The translations under genes were made by a program, and so were the position numbers. DNA of 64,000 nt, taken from contig OX597835.1 in the NCBI GenBank assembly GCA_951406725.2, positions 7,316,001 through 7,380,000 of the forward strand. Reading direction: 5' to 3'. Shown one piece after another: positions 55,667-64,000 of the stretch. The first letter of the stretch is position 1. Each line of letters starts with the position of its first letter. Source of the stretch: Octopus vulgaris. Lineage: Eukaryota. The notes under the pieces were generated by a model that was not told the origin of the DNA, made no database searches, and saw only the letters and a list, made by a program, of their open reading frames with translations.

Positions 55667-56037
55667 CTAGCAGTATCGCCCGGCGTTGCTCGGGTTTGTA
55701 AGGGAAATAACTATAAAGCATTTTTAGAGAGTTATAGCCAAAAAATGGAAAAAAAATTATGGTAAATTTTTTTTTCGTTAAAAAGGTCGAGTTGCGTCCC
55801 CTAGACAGTCTGTGGTTTGTGTTTCTGATTCTCGACCCCATGTCGAATTTATCGATCTTTTTCAGAACTGGGAGAACTTTTCAAAATTTTCGCTGCGTTA
55901 GTTTTGAATTATGACATTGGGCTATGTGTGTGTCAAGTTTCATCAAAATCGGTTGAAAGCCGTGGTCAGGGTGAGGGTACAACCTAACAGACACACAGAA
56001 ACACACACAGACAAACTGCCGTTTATATATAGAGAGA
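55667..56037 (-). mobile_element. Non-autonomous Helitron (5' type 1)
   Basis: 5' TC, 3' hairpin CCCGAGCAACGCCGGG plus CTAG, A|T insertion site. Confidence 0.85.
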
Positions 56038-56069
56038 TATATGTAAATACACACACACACACACACACG

Positions 56070-56113
<44 letters not shown>

Positions 56114-56285
56114 AACACACATCTATATGTATAAGTATATGCACATACATGTATGCATAAGTATGTGTATATATATATATAAATATATGTATATTCATAT
56201 ATATATGTGTGTGTGTATGTGTGTCTGTGTATGTGTATATATACTTGGATATATATATACATTTATATGTAAAAGTCTATATATG

Positions 56286-56316
<31 letters not shown>

Positions 56317-56603
56317 ATTTATATATACACACACTCGCACACGCACATACACACACGCACACACATACACAGGTTCCAAGACACGAAAGGAAAATGACAA
56401 ATATGATAATAGAAACAGAAGCAAAGCGCTTTCAAAAGCCAAAAATCACGTGACCATACGAAATTATTTCTAGTCATATAACCTCTAATTCCTGCCGGAA
56501 TTAAGTTTTCTTCTTTGAAAATGATAAAAATATATTTTTAAAAAAATTATTGCTCAGTTGTGTAAATAAATTATAGAAGTTATTAATGAATTATACGAAT
56601 ATA

Positions 56604-56774
56604 GGCGCAGGAGTGGCTGTGTGGTAAGTAGCTTGCTAACCAACCACATGGTTGCGGGTTCAGTCCCACTGCGTGGCATCTTGGGCAAGTGTCTTCTGCT
56701 ATAGCCCCGGGCCCACCAATGCCTTGTGAGTGGATTTGGTAGACGGAAACTGAAAGAAGCCTGTCGTATATATG

Positions 56775-56805
<31 letters not shown>

Positions 56806-57024
56806 TTGTGTGTCTGTGTTTGTTCCCCTAGCATTGCTTGACAACCGATGCTGGTGTGTGTTTACGTCCCCGTCACTTAGCGGTTCGGCAAAAGAGACCG
56901 ATAGAATAAGTACTGGGCTTAGAAAAGAATAAGTCCCGGGGTCGATTTTCTCGACGAAAGGTGGTGCTCCAGCATGGCCGCAGTCAAATGACTGAAACAA
57001 GTAAAAAGAGAAAAAAAAAAGAGT
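56604..57024 (+). mobile_element. SINE family A, full length (young subfamily)
   Basis: GGCGCAGGAGTGGCTGTGTGG..GGTTCAGTCCC head, internal (TA)(TG), tail. Confidence 0.9.
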
Positions 57025-57470
57025 ATAGGTTTGATAGATGAACTTGCACAGAATTCCGATAATGTTATCACTTGAGTCGAATTTGATTCTAGGAATTATG
57101 TTTCAATATCTGAAGGATTTTTTTATTATTTTCGATGGAAAGCAATGTTAATATTTCCCAAAACAGTTATCTTATTTGTTTTAGTCATTTTAATAATTAG
57201 ACTGTTTTTTGTGATGCTGTGAAACGACCTTGAAGAATTTTTAGTCGAACGAATCAATCCCAGTTCTTTTGTTTTTGTTTGTAAATCCTGGTGTTTATTC
57301 TATCGGACTCTCGCGTGGAACCGCTATGTAACAAGGGCATAAACAAAACAACACCGGTTCTCAAGCGGTAGTGGGTAATAAAGACAGACAGATACAAAGA
57401 TAGACTCACATATATATACACATTTATACGACAAACTTCGTTCAAATATGTTATGTTGATGTTCCTACAC

Positions 57471-57502
<32 letters not shown>

Positions 57503-57518
57503 ATTGTGTGTGTGTATA

Positions 57519-57700
57519 GTTGGAATTTACAAAAAACGAACAAAAGACAAAGACGGGTGTGCAAACAACAAAAGATGCATTAGTTTAACGCTCGGGAAAT
57601 GAGAAAGTCCGTTACGTTTCGAGCCTACGCTCTTCGACACAAAGGAACACAGAAATGAACAGAGAAAGAAAACGAAAGAAAGGTTTACTGGCTAGCAATT
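57519..57700 (-). mobile_element. Penelope-like pLTR fragment with degenerate hammerhead
   Basis: Minus strand CTTT-GTGTCGA-A-GAGC(GTAG)GCTC-GAAAC-GT-A. Homologous to 61440-61622. Confidence 0.5.
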
Positions 57701-57883
57701 AATAGATATAACATATATATATATATATACACGTTATATATACATATATATGATTTATAATTTATAATTATATACGTAAGTATATACCAATACACCTGCT
57801 TGTTGTTCCCGCATCTATCTCCATCTTTTGTTTTCTGCACATTAGAACCATATATACATACATACATACATACATATATATAC

Positions 57884-57972
<89 letters not shown>

Positions 57973-58250
57973 ATATATATATATATATGTTATATATATA
58001 CATATATATAAGTTATAATTTATTATTATATACATAACTATATTAAATGGACAGGATTACCCACTCCAACGGCTCTATAAATCACCTTACTGCACCTTCA
58101 ACGCAGGTTGTAAACGAGGAGATGAGGAATAATAAATAAGATCTTTCGGTTGAGTGTATATCGAACGATTTCAAGCTAAATGTTATGAAAAACATACTGC
58201 TATCATCAGCGCAATAAGCTTAAGTATATAAATACAAATATTTAGACATA

Positions 58251-58600
58251 GGCGCAGGAGTGGCTGTGTGCTAAGTAGCTTGCTTAACAATTACATGGTC
58301 CCTGGTTCAGTCCAACTGTTTGGTACCTTGGGTAGGTGTCTTCTACTATAGCCTGGGGCACATCAAAGCTTTGTTTGTGAATTTAGTAGACGGAAACTGA
58401 AAGAAACCCGTCGTATACATATGTATGTATTTGTGTGTGTTTGTGTGTCTCTTTGTCCTCCCACTAATGCTTGACAACCGATGCTGGTGTGTTTACGCCC
58501 CCGTAACTTAGCGATTCGGCAAAATAGACCGATAGAATAAGTGCTGGGCTTACAAAGAATAAGTCCTAGGGTCGATTTGTTCGACTAAAGGCGGTGCTGC
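58251..58600 (+). mobile_element. SINE family A. Further degraded or partial copies near 960-1720, 9538-9960, 10800-10915, 19270-19422, 38220-38605, 47665-47865 and 57200-57430.
   Basis: Family homology. Confidence 0.8.
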
Positions 58601-58879
58601 ATCATTTTTGGAGCAACAATTGCCCTTGCACACAACCATTTATGTGAGTTATTATTACTTAAGTTTGGAAATACCTTGTTTTTCAGTTCAGCTGGGGAAT
58701 TGAAAAACAATATGAGCAAAACTGACATTATCATTCCTATTTCCTAATTAAAGGAGCCAGGTTGAAAACTATTTTGCACATTGGTCTCCATGTAATAAGA
58801 GGTTTACTGGCTAGTGATTAATAGATTGCTAACATATATATATATATATATACACGTTACATATACATATATATAATAT

Positions 58880-60613
<1,734 letters not shown>

Positions 60614-60797
60614 CATATATATTCTCTTTTACTCTTATACTTGTTTCAGTCATTGAGAAAAACGAATGTTTTCGAAATGTGTGCCAAACAGAAAAAACTT
60701 CTATGAATAATAATGAAAACCGCGAACATTTTGAAATGAAGAATAAAGATGAGGTTATCCCGGAATAAGGATGGATGCAAGACATAAGTTATATATA

Positions 60798-61174
60798 TCT
60801 TTATATATAAAAGTGAAGCTGTGTGTCTTTCTCCTACGATTTAGATTCCTAACTACTCCCACATTTTGCGGTGCAGTGTAACCAAAAGCGGGTATCTTAT
60901 AGTCGTGATTCATATCGAGCCCTTCTGGGTATTAGCGCGCATCTACGATGAGTCTACGAATTTTAAAATAATTTACCATCGTTTTTTTCCCACTTTTAAT
61001 GCATTTTTTTGCTATTATAAAAATGTATTATTAAATCTCAGAACGTAAAAAGCTACAGTAACACCCCCCTTTGTGGTTAGCCATATTGAGATGGCTATTA
61101 TACTTTACATCTCTAAAAATGCTTATATAGTTATTTCCCTTACAAACCCGAGCAACGCCGGGCGATACTGCTAG
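60798..61174 (+). mobile_element. Non-autonomous Helitron (5' type 2) with a different internal segment
   Basis: TC start, hairpin plus CTAG end; extra segment at about 61020-61110. Confidence 0.85.
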
Positions 61175-61299
61175 TATAAATATAATATCTTCGGACTTAA
61201 AAAATGCTGAAACTGTGCTGATTCTAGTTTCATCGTTGACGAGACGTATTCTGTGTTTATTGTACTTTTCTTTTCGTTGTTTTTGCTGTATTACTTTCA

Positions 61300-61347
<48 letters not shown>

Positions 61348-61439
61348 TACACATACACACATATATGTATATACACTCATCTCTTTATACATATTTATGT
61401 ATTCATATATTTACGTATTCATATACGTCGCCATGATTG

Positions 61440-61619
61440 ACCGCTAGCTCCAAAAGAATTTTTTATTTTTGTCTGTGTTTATTTCCTCGTGTTCCTTTCT
61501 GTTGAAAAGCTTTGCCTTGAGACGTAAAAGATTTTCCCACCTTCCCGAGCGTTAAACTAGTACACCCGTTTGTTGTTTATACACTTGTCTTCGTCTTCTG
61601 CTTTTCTGTAAATTTCAAC

Positions 61620-61622
<3 letters not shown>
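61440..61622 (+). mobile_element. Penelope-like pLTR fragment with degenerate hammerhead
   Basis: CTTT-CTGTTGA-A...GAGAC-GT-A-AAAG followed by CCCGAGCGTTAAACTA, which is shared with 57519-57700. Confidence 0.5.
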
Positions 61623-61651
<29 letters not shown>

Positions 61652-61738
61652 TATATACACATATATATATATATATATACATACATATATATATATACAT
61701 ATTTATATATATATATATATATGCACACATATACATAC

Positions 61739-61781
<43 letters not shown>

Positions 61782-61882
61782 TATATACATATATATATAC
61801 ACACATACATACATATATATATATATATATACATACTTATAAATATATACTTATATATATATATATATATACACTTATATAT

Positions 61883-61923
<41 letters not shown>

Positions 61924-62533
61924 CATCATATGCATGTATATAGAAGCACACACATGCACTCACACACACATACACACACACATACACACACAAATATATA
62001 TATGCATATATTCCTACATATACATGTATATATTTGTATGCTCATATTCATGTCTTGTTAAAATATTTTTTTTATTAACGACATGATTTTTACCCTAAGT
62101 ATTCATCAATACCAATAATGTGATTGATCTTTGTCCTCGGGGCAGGAGAGACGGTCGTCTACACAGTTATTGCTAATTATATTTTCTTTTGTCATATTAG
62201 TAACTTTATCACGATCTACCATTAGCTACGAACTGTTTACACCAGCGAATTTCCATTCGTATTCCATATTGCAAAAACATCGTCGCTGCTTAATGTTACA
62301 GATAATCATAGATTGTAATTAGATCTCATGCTGGGTCATGAATATCATAAAATTCATTATGCATTTCTCAGTTCTCGTTTGTAAAAGGGATGTATCTAGG
62401 CCAACCAAGGTGAAATCATTTGATCCATTTTATACATATAAAATCACTGAGAACGGGGCAGTTTCTTTCAACGTTGAAATGTTATCAAATACCAAGAGAA
62501 AGCGCGGTTTGGATTCCGTTTATTATTATTATC

Positions 62534-62590
<57 letters not shown>

Positions 62591-63145
62591 GAGTGAGAGA
62601 GCAGTTCATGCCATCAAAGTGACACTGGGGTAAAGTATACGAAGCCCAATATACCCATCATGACTACCCGTCTGATAAGGGTACACCAGGCACATGCATC
62701 ACAACCATATGTGCGCGACATGGTGATCTCATATCAAGATAAACAGCACATGACCTTGCAGGTGGGGCCCAGTTAGAAATTTCTTCAGGTTGAGTAGCCC
62801 ATCCCGCTCAAAAGGTCTCTGAATAAGGGCTGTTTAAGGATGTTGAAAGAACCACCCATGTTTCCAGAGGTGAATTATTCAAACCCCAAATAATTCCTCT
62901 CAACACATGGCTATGATGCTCCCACACTACTTCTGCTCGTGATCAGAGATGCACATATCGCCAGCCACTAAGGGACATGCTCAATTGTTTAAGGTCAAAC
63001 AACTGACAAGCAAATCTGTGGTATTGAGCAGAATATTTGCTGTAGCCCATCTTTTATACCAAGACAAAACAATGTACATGATAACACTTCCAATCAGTTC
63101 AGATCAGAAGCCATGAGAGCCACTGCCTGGTACTGCATCAGGGCA

Positions 63146-63146
<1 letters not shown>
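62591..63146 (-). mobile_element. ~550-bp TAA-embedded repeat, second full copy
   Basis: Reverse complement of 5276-5825 from end to end; (TTA)n on both sides. Confidence 0.7.
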
Positions 63147-63228
<82 letters not shown>

Positions 63229-63283
63229 GTTATTATTATTATTATTATTGTTGTTGTTGTTGTTGTTGTTGTTATTATTATTT

Positions 63284-63924
63284 TGGTTTGTCTTAGGTTC
63301 GGCCTTATTCCTGGTAAGGATTATGTGTATAGCGGGCTACTACCTGTAACCTGAGGTATCCACAAGTTTTCCACAGCCTTTCAAGTCCTTAGAACCTGCC
63401 TGATAATCCTTACTGTCTTCCAGAGACAAACGTTCTGCAGCCATGTTTTCTTTACCTTGGCTTATTGATCCCAGAGCACCAATTATTATAGACACGATCT
63501 TTACTGTTTGCATCTTCCTATTTCAAATTTTAGGGAATTGCATTTGCTTTTTTCTTCCTCTTTCTTTACGGTCCTGGAATTAAATTGACATGATGGGTCG
63601 ATAAGTAAGTAACTTCGTTTTTCCTTATCTATGATTGTAATATCTGGTCTATTATTTTCTAATTTCTTCTGCGTTTGAATATGTAAGTCCCACAAAAGCT
63701 TACATTTCTCCAGCACCGTTCCTCTTTCGACTTGATGATTCTACCATGTGTTTCCAGCTTTAAATCCACATTTCTGGCACGGTTTGCAGTGTAAAACTTT
63801 TACAATCTGGTCGTGCCTCCATTTCTTATATTCTTCCTGTGCTAACATGAGCTATTCTTCCACAGTCTGTGTCACTGTCACATTCCAAGTGCCACAGGCT
63901 CTACATTTTTCTGACACATTCTCT

Positions 63925-63925
<1 letters not shown>
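63284..63925 (-). mobile_element. R4/Dong-like LINE 3' part (degraded zinc knuckle plus RLE endonuclease)
   Basis: KCRACG...LAQEEYKKWRHDQIVKVLH...KLLWDLHIQTQKKLENNRPDITIIDKEKRSYLLIDPSC; 3' end runs into (TAA)n. Confidence 0.85.
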
Positions 63926-63985
<60 letters not shown>

Positions 63986-64000
63986 TCTTTTACTCTTTTA

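Overview
Repeat-saturated, AT-rich animal genomic DNA. The repeat families and microsatellite density are most consistent with a coleoid cephalopod such as Octopus; this is an inference, not tested. Only one convincing host coding segment is present: the first coding exon (14442-13993, minus strand) of a receptor-type guanylyl cyclase / ANF-receptor-domain protein. It has a signal peptide and a GTAAGT donor, and is followed by an intron that appears to run past the left edge of the window. The rest is microsatellites, four or more tRNA-derived SINE types with shuffled modules, 3' fragments of R4/Dong-like LINEs mostly inside (TAA)n tracts, a 550-bp TAA-embedded non-autonomous element, non-autonomous Helitrons, Helentron/HINE-like elements, a hAT-like MITE, Penelope-like (PLE) fragments, a 16x27-bp minisatellite and a recent ~850-bp tandem duplication. 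The most notable signal found by reading the sequence is about a dozen type I hammerhead ribozyme motifs. Two have complete catalytic cores and paired stems (41208-41292 plus, 41822-41903 minus, convergent). One lies in a 340-bp retrozyme/PLE-like tandem repeat. Almost all ORFs in the supplied track are microsatellite artefacts. All family assignments come from motif recognition by eye, not database searches.
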